From Escherichia coli O55:H7 (GTDB taxonomy: Bacteria > Pseudomonadota > Gammaproteobacteria > Enterobacterales > Enterobacteriaceae): a stretch of 32,000 bases of DNA. The notes beneath the pieces were generated by a model, which had not been told where the DNA came from, did no database searches, and saw only the letters and a program-made list of their open reading frames with translations. Of the stretch, positions 1 to 7,899 are shown piece after piece (position 1 is the stretch's first letter; each line of letters starts with the position of its first letter). The stretch lies in assembly GCF_013167975.1 (NCBI RefSeq), contig NZ_CP038386.1. The stretch is one strand, 5' to 3'. Both the position numbers and the translations under genes were made by a program.

Positions 1-218
1 AACACGCGGGTTTCACCACCACGATGACGCAGCACTTTTCCTTCAACAACCGGGGAGACATAGGCCGCCACCGGCGTTTTTCCGGTAATTTTGTCCAGCA
101 TCACCTCTTCGGTATGGAAATTCACTGTACGGCGGAAAAACAGCTCCAGAAACAGCGCACGAAATTTAACTTTTTGTTCGGTATAACCGAGTAACTGGCG
201 GGTCGTAAACAATCCCAT
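1..218 (-). CDS. Major capsid protein, lambda gpE family (5' part only; runs off the window start)
   Basis: Minus strand reads ATG at 218..216, giving MGLFTTRQLLGYTEQKVKFRALFLELFFRRTVNFHTEEVMLDKITGKTPVAAYVSPVVEGKVLRHRGGE, which resembles lambda gpE (MYTTAQLLAANEQKFKFDPLFLRLFFRES...). It sits directly downstream of the D-type gene. Confidence 0.85.
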   Translation of the reverse strand, partial: MGLFTTRQLLGYTEQKVKFRALFLELFFRRTVNFHTEEVMLDKITGKTPVAAYVSPVVEGKVLRHRGGETRV

Positions 219-275
219 AAATCAGTTCCTTTCATTCAGAAATCAGTCAGGCCACCGCGGTGGCCTGATAACGTG

Positions 276-623
276 TTACGGCAGCGCCGCGTGACTCAGG
301 GCACTGCCGGCAAAGGCATTTGCCTTTTTGTGTTCATCCACACTTTCAGGCCAGTGGATTGCCTCCGTCGCAAAGGTTCCCGACTTGTAATACGTCAGCG
401 CCGTCTCTGTGCCTTCAAGCGGCAGTACCAGTATGCCAACCGCACTACCGGCTTTCTGTCCGTCCCAGACCACCAGTTTCCCGGTGGCTTCATCCAGCAT
501 CAGGGGCGTCAGTGCCGGTGTTGGCGAGGAAATCCCGCTGCTGCCTGTGGCGGTATGAGCCGGATCATTACCGGCAAAAATACGTACTTCCGCACGCTGT
601 TCAGTGATGGTTTTCGTCACCAT
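276..623 (-). CDS. Head decoration/stabilisation protein, lambda gpD family
   Basis: 115 aa ORF with MVTKTITEQRAEVRIFAGNDPAHTATGSSGI...ATGKLVVWDG; position between scaffold/protease and E. Confidence 0.85.
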   Translation of the reverse strand: MVTKTITEQRAEVRIFAGNDPAHTATGSSGISSPTPALTPLMLDEATGKLVVWDGQKAGSAVGILVLPLEGTETALTYYKSGTFATEAIHWPESVDEHKKANAFAGSALSHAALP

Positions 624-659
624 ATTGTAAAAACCTCCTATTGATGGTCAGCACTGACT

Positions 660-1262
660 TCATGGCATGGCCATGAGCATTTTTACGTCCGCATCACCGT
701 CTGCTGACGTCTGTGGCACGCCACCCTGTACCGCTGTCGGTGAATGGTTCGCCATGAAATGTTCAAACATGGCGGTTGTGGATGCAGAGACCGGTTCTGC
801 CTTACCTGATCCCGCAGCCAGCACAGCCCGGGCGCTCTCCACAGTCATTCCCGGGCAGGCAGCCAGCTGTTCAGCCTGCGCCTCAGCCCCTTTTGCCTCA
901 TCCAGTGCCATGATCTGATCACGGAGTGATGGTCCGGCATCCGCCTGCGGTGAAGCAGCCAGGATCGGGCGGGCTTTTTCCACCGTCATCTCCGGCATCG
1001 CCGCCAGCGTTGCCGCCAGTTGTTCACGACCGTTCGCTTCTTCACACGCCATAATGCGATCGGCTTCACTCTGCGTGGATGCCACCGGCTGCTGCGGTGC
1101 CGCCGCGGCCAGAATCGCCCGGGCCTGTTCAACGCTCATGCCCTGTTGTCCTGCCAGCATCGTGGCAAGCTGTTCACGTCCTTTCGCTTCCTGGCATGTC
1201 AGGATCCCCATCACTCGCTGGTTCTCCTGCGCGGCGGCTTCCGTTGCAGTTAATTGCGGCAT
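660..1262 (-). CDS. Internal in-frame scaffold protein (Nu3-like) from an internal start
   Basis: ATG (MPQLTATEAAAQENQ...) at 1262, preceded on the minus strand by AGAGGAGG (1267..1274), a strong Shine-Dalgarno at correct spacing. Same frame as the C-type protease, as in lambda C/Nu3. Confidence 0.7.
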   Translation of the reverse strand: MPQLTATEAAAQENQRVMGILTCQEAKGREQLATMLAGQQGMSVEQARAILAAAAPQQPVASTQSEADRIMACEEANGREQLAATLAAMPEMTVEKARPILAASPQADAGPSLRDQIMALDEAKGAEAQAEQLAACPGMTVESARAVLAAGSGKAEPVSASTTAMFEHFMANHSPTAVQGGVPQTSADGDADVKMLMAMP

Positions 1263-2165
1263 AGTGCCTCCTCTGACATTACTGTTCAGCGCCGTGGCCA
1301 TCACACTGATGGCATCCGACGCATTGATTAATTCATCCGCCAGCCCGGCCTCAATGCCAGACTGACCTTCAAAAACGGCGGCCTCTGTTCCCGTGACTGC
1401 ATCAACAGACAGACCGGTAAACATCGCCACTTTTTCGGCAAACATCCGGCGCGCCGCATCAATCCGCTGCTGCATGTCCTGGCGAACCTCTGCCGGCAAC
1501 GCTTCAAACTGATTGCCATCCACCTTGTGCGCCCCTGAGTAAATCAGCGTGATATCCACACCGCCCTGCGCCAGATGACCGGCATAGCTGACATGGCTCA
1601 TCATCACGCCAATGGAGCCGATACGGGATGTCTGGGTAACCAGTCGTCGGGAGCAGGCCGACGCCAGCAGCATGGCTGCAGAACAGGCCGTGTCATTGCA
1701 CAGTGCCCAGACCGGCTTCTGCTGACGGAGGCGGTAAATAATGTCAGCGCAGTCAAACGCGCCGGCGGCCTGCCCGCCCGGACTGTCAATGTCCAGCAGT
1801 ACGCCCCGCACCTGGCTATCCGCCATTGCCTGCTGAAGACAGGCGACAATACCGTCATAGCCTGTCATTCCGGAAAATGGCCGCATACCACCCAGCCGGT
1901 GCACCAGCGTGCCGGTCACCGGCAGTACAGCAATACCGTTCACCACCCTGTAAACACGGGCCGGTCGTTTACCTCCGGCCATGTACTCGTCCGTTTCAGC
2001 CAGCATTCCGGGAGCATCAAACTGTACCTGCTGTTGTGGTACCGAAAGACTTGCTGCCCCCATCTCGCGCCCGAGCGCGCAAAAGAAAACCCGCGCATAG
2101 GCGGGCTCCAGAAGCAGCGGTTCATTGAATGCTGCGGCAATAATGTGTGAAAGATTACGTCTCAC
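660..2165 (-). CDS. Head maturation protease with C-terminal scaffold (lambda C/Nu3 type, S49 peptidase family)
   Basis: 501 aa ORF with GVLLDIDSPGG and NDTACSAAMLLASAC motifs; position between portal and D. Confidence 0.88.
   Translation of the reverse strand: MRRNLSHIIAAAFNEPLLLEPAYARVFFCALGREMGAASLSVPQQQVQFDAPGMLAETDEYMAGGKRPARVYRVVNGIAVLPVTGTLVHRLGGMRPFSGMTGYDGIVACLQQAMADSQVRGVLLDIDSPGGQAAGAFDCADIIYRLRQQKPVWALCNDTACSAAMLLASACSRRLVTQTSRIGSIGVMMSHVSYAGHLAQGGVDITLIYSGAHKVDGNQFEALPAEVRQDMQQRIDAARRMFAEKVAMFTGLSVDAVTGTEAAVFEGQSGIEAGLADELINASDAISVMATALNSNVRGGTMPQLTATEAAAQENQRVMGILTCQEAKGREQLATMLAGQQGMSVEQARAILAAAAPQQPVASTQSEADRIMACEEANGREQLAATLAAMPEMTVEKARPILAASPQADAGPSLRDQIMALDEAKGAEAQAEQLAACPGMTVESARAVLAAGSGKAEPVSASTTAMFEHFMANHSPTAVQGGVPQTSADGDADVKMLMAMP
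795..1211 (-). repeat. Three degenerate tandem protein repeats (about 40-52 aa each) in the scaffold region
   Basis: MGILTCQEAKGREQLATMLAGQQGMSVEQARAILAAA / IMACEEANGREQLAATLAAMPEMTVEKARPILAAS / IMALDEAKGAEAQAEQLAACPGMTVESARAVLAAG. Confidence 0.85.
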
Positions 2166-2874
2166 GTGGTGTTGTCTCCTCTTCCGGCCTGCGACTCTCC
2201 GCTATCTGCTGCTGATACGCCTGCGCTATCCACACCGGACGTGAGAGTCCGGCTTTTTCCCGCTCTGCAGATTCCCTGACCTGCTGGCGGAAAATCTCCT
2301 GATAATCCTCACCCATCAGCGCCAGCTCTTTCTCATACGTGCTCAGTCCGGCCTCAATGCGCATCACTGATTCCTGAACCTCCTTGAGCCCGTCAATGGC
2401 CATTCTTCCTGAACCAATCCACTCTGCCCGTGACCAGGCAGAACGCGCCTGATAAAAATCAAAACGCGCCCGTGGCAGGCGGATAATTCCCCGAAGAAGC
2501 GCCTCTTCCAGCCAGCAGGAAAACATCTGCGTGGCCAGCCGGGAAGCAATAAATTTTCGCCGTCCCATAAAATAACGCCACGACTCATTGGCTGAGGCGC
2601 GGGCACTTGAGTAACTGACCTTCGAGTAATCACGGGACAACTGTTCGTAGGAAACGCCAAGACCGGCGGCTATATACCGCAACAACGCCTGTTCAAGCGC
2701 AGAAAATCCATTGTCTGAATCCTGCGCAGTCTGCAGTTTCAGATCATCCCCGGGAAAAAGGTGCGGAATTTTGACGCCGCCCAGCGTCACGTTATTCGTG
2801 TCATACCAGCGGGTGAACTTCTCCAGAATATTAATAAGCGGATTATCCTGCTGACCTTGCGGCGCACCCGGAAA
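2155..2874 (-). pseudogene. Portal protein (lambda gpB family), 5'-truncated remnant
   Basis: Minus strand reads FPGAPQGQQDNPLINILEKFTRWYDTNNVTLGGVKIPHLFPGDDLKLQTAQDSDNGFSALEQALLRYIAAGLGVSYEQLSRDYSKVSYSSARASANESWRYFMGRR..., matching only the C-terminal part of the 533-aa gpB family. The N-terminal region is absent. Confidence 0.85.
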
Positions 2875-4379
2875 ACACCGTGTTTTTTTGACCTCTGATA
2901 AACGATTTCGCCATCGATCCCCCCGATGTCCCAGCAGATACGGGAAATGGTCATTTCTGTTCCGTCTGCATGACGGTATTTTTTATTGATCGCCGCATCC
3001 ACACGTAACAGCGTCTCTTCTTCATCGGGACGTCCCATAATAATGATTTTATCCACCAGAAAGGCTTCCTCTCCCGGAGCCCATCCCCAGACATACATCT
3101 CAAAACGGTTTCGCTGCGAGTCAATGCCCGCCGTCAGATAAACCGCCCGGGCAGGCACCGCCGCCGTGTAATGAACAACCTTATCCATCAGTACCTGGTG
3201 ATCGAGTTTTTCGCCCACGGCCTCTTCCCAGGTCTCGCCCAGCGTGGTGTTCACAAAGGTTTTCACGCCGTTGGGATCTTTCAGTGCATCCAGCCAGTCA
3301 TAGACTATCTGTACCCAGGTGGTGAACGGACTGTACGCAGTCCAGATATGGAACGTGATGGAGCGCGGCGGCGGAATTTCATCACCCCGGGCGCTGAAAA
3401 ACATCAGGCCGTCACGGGTCCACATGCCCGAGTTTTCACAGATCCACCGCCCGTTACTCTGGTCAAGCTCAGACTGATGGATCACACAGCCATGATGCTC
3501 ACAAAGGTAGAAAGCACTTTCGGGTCTGTCCTTCTCCCATTTAAGGCCAAAAGGCGTGGACTCATCGCCAAATTTCAGATACTGCTCCTCCCCACAATGC
3601 GGGCAGGGCACATAAAAACGCATGAAATGTGCCGACTCGTTAGCGGCTTTTTCGATCTGACAGGTGCCTTTGATTTTAGGCGTTGAGCCGCGAATGGATT
3701 TTGGCCATACAGAGCCCTCAATACGTTTATCCCCCAGCAGGGTTGGCGAGCCCTCTTTTTCGACATCCGGTTCGAACGAGGAAAGTTCGTCATAGCAGAC
3801 CACATCCACGGATTTTTCACGGTAGTTTTTGGCGGCAGCGCCGCCCAGGCACCAGAAACCGACGCCAGATGAAAAGCGTTTCAGCGTGAGAGTATTGTCA
3901 CGATGTTTACGTCCCAGCCATGGGGAAATGACTTTCAGGCATGGCACGTCCCGAATCGTCGCCTCCACGTGAGACTTCATAAAATCTTCAGCGGCAGAAT
4001 CCGTGGGCTGAAAAAGCAGACTGTTTCGGGATTTATGCTCAATAAAATACCCGACCACCCCCAGCAACATCTTTGTATAGCCAACACGGGCAGATTTAAT
4101 CAGATTAACAGTGCGGATCTGATCATTCCCCATGCTGTTCATGATGGCGATCTGGAATGGCAGCGTTTTCCATTCTCCCTCACCATATGAAGATTCTTTA
4201 GGCAGATAATAATTTTGATCAGCCCATTCAACTGGCGTCACCGGCAATGCCCTTATCAGGGGCTGTAATGCAGTTGTGACAGCGCTCATCATATTATTCA
4301 GTTGTTGCTCTGATATATTCATCAAGTAAATCCGGTAATTTATCCCCTGCCCGCGCACACTGATTTGCCCCCTTAGCAA
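2787..4379 (-). pseudogene. Terminase large subunit (lambda gpA family), 3'-truncated
   Basis: Starts within MNISEQQLNNMMSAVTTALQPLIRAL...VEWADQNYYLPKESSYGEGEWKTLPFQ and keeps the ATPase region. Homology stops at RSKKHGVFRV and is followed by the unrelated tail RRKVSRIIRLLIFWRSSPAGMTRIT. gpA is about 641 aa. Confidence 0.85.
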
Positions 4380-4803
4380 TAAGGTTTTTCAGATGGTCAA
4401 GATGGCGCGGTGTTAAATCAGGAAACTGTCGCTGCATGGATAAAGGGATGGAATCAAGCGTACTGGATAACGCCATTGCCAGCTTACTGAGGGCAAAAAT
4501 ACAGAACCCGGTGTCAATCAGTTTTCCTTTTGACACCTCATTTTTTAACTGCTGTGTAACAGCCTGTTCTGCTGTCAGTTCCCATCTGGCAATAAGCAAT
4601 TTCTCTTCATAGTCTTCTTTGCTATCGCCATCAGGCACATCGTTTTTACTTCTTCTCAGATACGATATGTAAAAATCGCGCCAGGCATCCAGATCCAGTT
4701 GCCCTCGCTTATTCGAGATCGGGGCACCCGGTAATTTCTGCAATCTGCGAAGCTGGCGATCGGTCAGACTCAAATGCCTGGCAACTTCAGTCTGCGTAGC
4801 CAC
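4294..4803 (-). CDS. Terminase small subunit, Nu1-like, DNA-packaging protein
   Basis: N-terminal HTH (MATQTEVARHLSLTDRQLRRLQKL) and C-terminal FALSKLAMALSSTLDSIPLSMQRQFPDLTPRHLDHLKNLIAKGAN resembling lambda Nu1. Located between cos and the A gene. Confidence 0.8.
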   Translation of the reverse strand: MATQTEVARHLSLTDRQLRRLQKLPGAPISNKRGQLDLDAWRDFYISYLRRSKNDVPDGDSKEDYEEKLLIARWELTAEQAVTQQLKNEVSKGKLIDTGFCIFALSKLAMALSSTLDSIPLSMQRQFPDLTPRHLDHLKNLIAKGANQCARAGDKLPDLLDEYIRATTE

Positions 4804-4849
4804 TCCTCACCTCGCAAAAACTCTTACCTCACAATCAGCACAAAACCGG

Positions 4850-4949
4850 TCATGTCCGGTTTACATGTCCGTTTTTTGCACATGTCCGGTTCACGGACAG
4901 CCTGTTTTTATATTTTTCATATAGTTAACTTGCAGAGAAACCGGACATG
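4850..4949 (-). repeat. Putative cosB region: repeated CATGTCCGGTT R-site-like elements
   Basis: CATGTCCGGTT at 4851..4861 and 4881..4891, the variant CATGTCCGTTT at 4864..4874, and an inverted copy AACCGGACATG at 4939..4949, lying between cosN and the small terminase gene. Confidence 0.65.
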
Positions 4950-4986
4950 GATCCCGGAAAATTTTCATAAATAGCGAAAACCCGCG

Positions 4987-4998
4987 AGGTCGCCGCCC
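4987..4998 (-). other. cosN cohesive-end site, lambda-type
   Basis: Minus strand contains GGGGCGGCGACCTCGCGGGTTTTCGCTATTTATGAAAATTTTCCGG; the 12-nt GGGCGGCGACCT is the lambda cohesive end. Confidence 0.9.
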
Positions 4999-5017
4999 CG
5001 TAGCCTGCAGGATCGCC

Positions 5018-5028
5018 GGAAAGGACCC
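5018..5028 (-). other. cosQ-like element
   Basis: Minus strand GGGTCCTTTCC located on the far side of cosN, as in lambda. Confidence 0.6.
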
Positions 5029-5192
5029 ACAAAAATGATAATAATTTCATGTGAATAATGCTCATCACAACGATGTGTGTGAGCCATCAAACAACGACAA
5101 ATAATCAATTATGGCGCAGATATCGTATTAATTGCCCCACATCAACTTAACGTAAAAGCAACTTCATACAATACAAATCAGCAACACTGAAT

Positions 5193-5429
5193 ATGAGCAA
5201 CATTATGTCATCGAAGAACAGAACCCGAAGAACAACAACCCGCAACATCCGATTTCCAAACCAGATGATTGAACAAATTAATATTGCTCTTGACCAGAAA
5301 GGTTCAGGGAATTTTTCAGCGTGGGTTATTGAAGCCTGCAGAAGAAGATTAATTAATGAAAAATATTCTCAATTTTTACCCAACAAAGACAAACACGACC
5401 AGAGCACCTGTTCAGACAGGTTTACTTAA
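5193..5429 (+). CDS. Small ribbon-helix-helix-like (Arc/YlcI-YnfO-like) putative regulator
   Basis: 78 aa: RTRRTTTRNIRFPNQMIEQINIALDQKGSGNFSAWVIEACRRRLINEK resembles the RHH strand-helix-helix pattern. Opposite strand to the late genes. Confidence 0.55.
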   Translation: MSNIMSSKNRTRRTTTRNIRFPNQMIEQINIALDQKGSGNFSAWVIEACRRRLINEKYSQFLPNKDKHDQSTCSDRFT

Positions 5430-5509
5430 ATGACTTATATATGACACAAAAGCGACCACTAAAGTCGCTTTTTATTATGGTAACAGGCAATAACTCTCTC
5501 AGATATTTT

Positions 5510-5824
5510 TTAGCATTTTTTTGACCGCGCGTTTCCGGACGTATTCTGTTCTCCTGTCCCTTTATATCGTCGGAATACCCGCCGCTCTTCAAATCCCATT
5601 CCCAACTCAGAATGTAGTCTGTTGACCGCTTGTTTTATTTCTGTCAGGTTCATCGGTGAAACCGGAGTCCGGCGCGCCTTACGCAAACACTCTGCTCGTT
5701 TCTGTGCCGCCACTTTTCTTTTCTGGTCATCACTTAGCTGTACCATCACTTTTGCCCATCGTTCAGCTGCTCTCCGGTACAGTCCTTTTTTCTCCAGACA
5801 TTCTGCCAGGTGATCATGTAGCAT
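5510..5824 (-). CDS. PerC-family transcriptional regulator-like protein
   Basis: MLHDHLAECLEKKGLYRRAAERWAKVMVQLSDDQKRKVAAQKRAECLRKARR resembles the PerC/Pch N-terminal pattern (LE.KGLYRRAA.RW..VM). Confidence 0.7.
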   Translation of the reverse strand: MLHDHLAECLEKKGLYRRAAERWAKVMVQLSDDQKRKVAAQKRAECLRKARRTPVSPMNLTEIKQAVNRLHSELGMGFEERRVFRRYKGTGEQNTSGNARSKKC

Positions 5825-6288
5825 AAGTGACCTCCGATTATCTACAGACTGCTATCCTGAATTTACCTTCCTTTAATGAAATAACAATAAAAAATAAATC
5901 ACAGAAAAACAACAAAACAACACACAAAAAAACTAAATAATAAACCCAAATAATCACCTTATTTTATTATTTTTTGAGAGAGCTATTACTGAACAAAAAA
6001 CGCTGACTATATACTCAAAACCAAACAACTATTCTGCCAATCAGGTATAATGGCAACACAAGGAATTACCGTGTTTTTGCCTTCTCTGCCCATACAATAC
6101 GGACATATACTTCATACTCTATTGTAATATTTCCATCCATGCGAACAACTTCATTTATCTGTAAATAATATTCAAAATATTTATCACAGAAATCGTTTTT
6201 GGCCATGATCTGAGCACACTATAAAGTCCGGAACTGACTTTTTGTTAAATTACCTTAACGTTACCAGTAACACCTTCATAACAAAACA

Positions 6289-6753
6289 TCACGGTATACA
6301 CTGGGTACGGATATATTCCTGTGCTCCTTCCAGTTGCTTCTGCATTGTCATCAGCCGTTCTCTGAGGATGAAATAATCCCGTTCAGCGGTGTCTGCCAGT
6401 CGGGGGGAGGCTGCATTATCCACGCCGGAGGCGGTGGTGGCTTCACGCACTGACTGACAGACTGCTTTGATGTGCAACCGACGACGACCAGCGGCAACAT
6501 CATCACGCAGAGCATCATTTTCAGCTTTCGCATCAGCTAACTCCTTCGTGTATTTTGCATCGAGCGCAGCAACATCACGCTGACGCATCTGCATGTCAGT
6601 AATTACCGCATTCGCCAGCTTCAGTTCTCTGGCATTTTTGTCGCGCTGGGCTTTGTAGGTAATGGCATTGTCGCGGTAATGATTAACAGCCCATGACAGG
6701 CAGGCGATAATGCAGATAACCAGAGCGGAGATAATAACGGTTACCCTGCTCAT
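6289..6753 (-). CDS. Rz: Rz i-spanin
   Basis: [134 protein letters not shown] is near-identical to lambda Rz. Confidence 0.95.
   Translation of the reverse strand: MSRVTVIISALVICIIACLSWAVNHYRDNAITYKAQRDKNARELKLANAVITDMQMRQRDVAALDAKYTKELADAKAENDALRDDVAAGRRRLHIKAVCQSVREATTASGVDNAASPRLADTAERDYFILRERLMTMQKQLEGAQEYIRTQCIP
6351..6533 (-). CDS. Rz1: Rz1 o-spanin lipoprotein, nested in Rz in another frame
   Basis: 60 aa, [58 protein letters not shown]; lipobox LVVVGC and proline-rich region. Confidence 0.95.
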   Translation of the reverse strand: MRKLKMMLCVMMLPLVVVGCTSKQSVSQCVKPPPPPAWIMQPPPDWQTPLNGIISSSENG

Positions 6754-7247
6754 TGTTGCCCCCACAAACAGACTTCACGCTCAATCTCGCGGCGAGTCAT
6801 CAGCCCTTTCCATTGCTTACCGCCAGCGTATGTCCAGCGCCGTAGCTGATCACATGCGCCTTTGATATCACCCTGGTTTATTTTGCGAAGAAGCGTCGAT
6901 GTTCTGAAATTGCCAGCGCCCACGTTGTAAACGAACGAGTAAAGAGCGCCGCGCGTTGTTTCCGGTATATCGACTTTGATGTACGGGTTAATTTGTCTGG
7001 CGACCGTGGCAAGGTCTTTATTCAGGAGGGCTTTGCATTCTGCTTCGGTATACGTTTTACCGGGCATGATGTCTTTTCCGGTGTGTCCGTGACATACAGT
7101 CCATACGCCAACGATATCTTTGTATGGTATGTAGCTGACACCTTCCAGACCATCGTTACCACCTGGACCAGTGATGAGCACAGACGCTATGGCAACAGCC
7201 CCACCACCAATAGCAGCTGCAACAGCCTTGCGTAATGACGGCGACAT
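6750..7247 (-). CDS. SAR endolysin (T4-like lysozyme / phage 21 R family)
   Basis: 165 aa with N-terminal SAR-like weakly hydrophobic helix ([25 protein letters not shown]) and [23 protein letters not shown] catalytic region. Confidence 0.92.
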   Translation of the reverse strand: MSPSLRKAVAAAIGGGAVAIASVLITGPGGNDGLEGVSYIPYKDIVGVWTVCHGHTGKDIMPGKTYTEAECKALLNKDLATVARQINPYIKVDIPETTRGALYSFVYNVGAGNFRTSTLLRKINQGDIKGACDQLRRWTYAGGKQWKGLMTRREIEREVCLWGQQ

Positions 7248-7453
7248 TATTCACCTCTCGCAGCCTTACGCTTATCTTCTTTAATCTTGAAATAAAGATT
7301 TGTCAGATACGTCAGCAGGCCAAACAGCAGACTTCCCAGCACACCTATTGCCACCCACTGGGACGGAGAGACTTTGTCCAGCAGCTGCAGTAACCAGTAT
7401 CCCGTCCCCACCGCTGACGTGGTGTATGACACACCTGTTGTGATTTTTTCCAT
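7247..7453 (-). CDS. Phage 21-type pinholin
   Basis: 68 aa [68 protein letters not shown] resembles S21; abuts the endolysin. Confidence 0.92.
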   Translation of the reverse strand: MEKITTGVSYTTSAVGTGYWLLQLLDKVSPSQWVAIGVLGSLLFGLLTYLTNLYFKIKEDKRKAARGE

Positions 7454-7500
7454 CTGATGTATGTCTCCGTCACCGCCGACAGAAAATGAAAGTAAAGAAA

Positions 7501-7534
7501 AACAAAAAAGCCGCCAGTGTCACCCACTGACGGC
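7501..7534 (-). terminator. Intrinsic terminator upstream of the holin gene
   Basis: Minus strand GCCGTCAGTGGGTGACACTGGCGGCTTTTTTG: GC-rich stem followed by a T run. Read-through would need Q antitermination. Confidence 0.75.
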
Positions 7535-7710
7535 CAACACCGGGAGCCGTGATTATGGCATTCAGGCTCTGCTAAAAATGCCAGATAACATTCCGGCTCC
7601 CTCCCTGATTCAGGTTATAAATGACACAATATCTTGACAACATCCGTCACTGTCTGTCAGAAAATGTACCGCCATATAGAAGCAACATGTGAAGTACATC
7701 TATCCTTTTG

Positions 7711-7752
7711 AGCCAGCACCTCTTCACCGAAAGTCAGTGCTGGCTGTTTTTT
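7711..7752 (+). terminator. Intrinsic terminator on the strand opposite to the late genes; candidate small-RNA 3' end
   Basis: AGCCAGCAC (7711..7719) pairs with GTGCTGGCT (7737..7745), followed by GTTTTTT. Confidence 0.75.
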
Positions 7753-7860
7753 CCTTAATAAAGCATCTGTAACTGAAACAATCCGCATATTGATAATATA
7801 TTGACAGGCATCATTGCTGTCTGTGAAAAATAAGTCTCTACAAACATATAAGGCCTTTTA

Positions 7861-7898
7861 GCCAGCGTCTTCTTTCAGGTCAGTCGCTGGCTTTTTTT
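7861..7898 (+). terminator. Intrinsic terminator opposite to the late genes, immediately beyond the nanS-p stop; candidate small-RNA 3' end
   Basis: GCCAGCG (7861..7867) pairs with CGCTGGC (7885..7891), followed by TTTTTTT. Confidence 0.78.
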
Positions 7899-7899
7899 A

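Noticed and set aside
795-1211. Repeats in the scaffold gene as a nucleotide tandem repeat or mobile element
   Set aside because: Repetition is at the protein level and degenerate; explained as scaffold domain repeats.
1020-1365. Plus-strand ORFs antisense to the protease/scaffold gene
   Set aside because: They lie opposite a well-supported GC-rich gene and show low-complexity, Arg/Pro/Ser-rich translations typical of spurious antisense ORFs.
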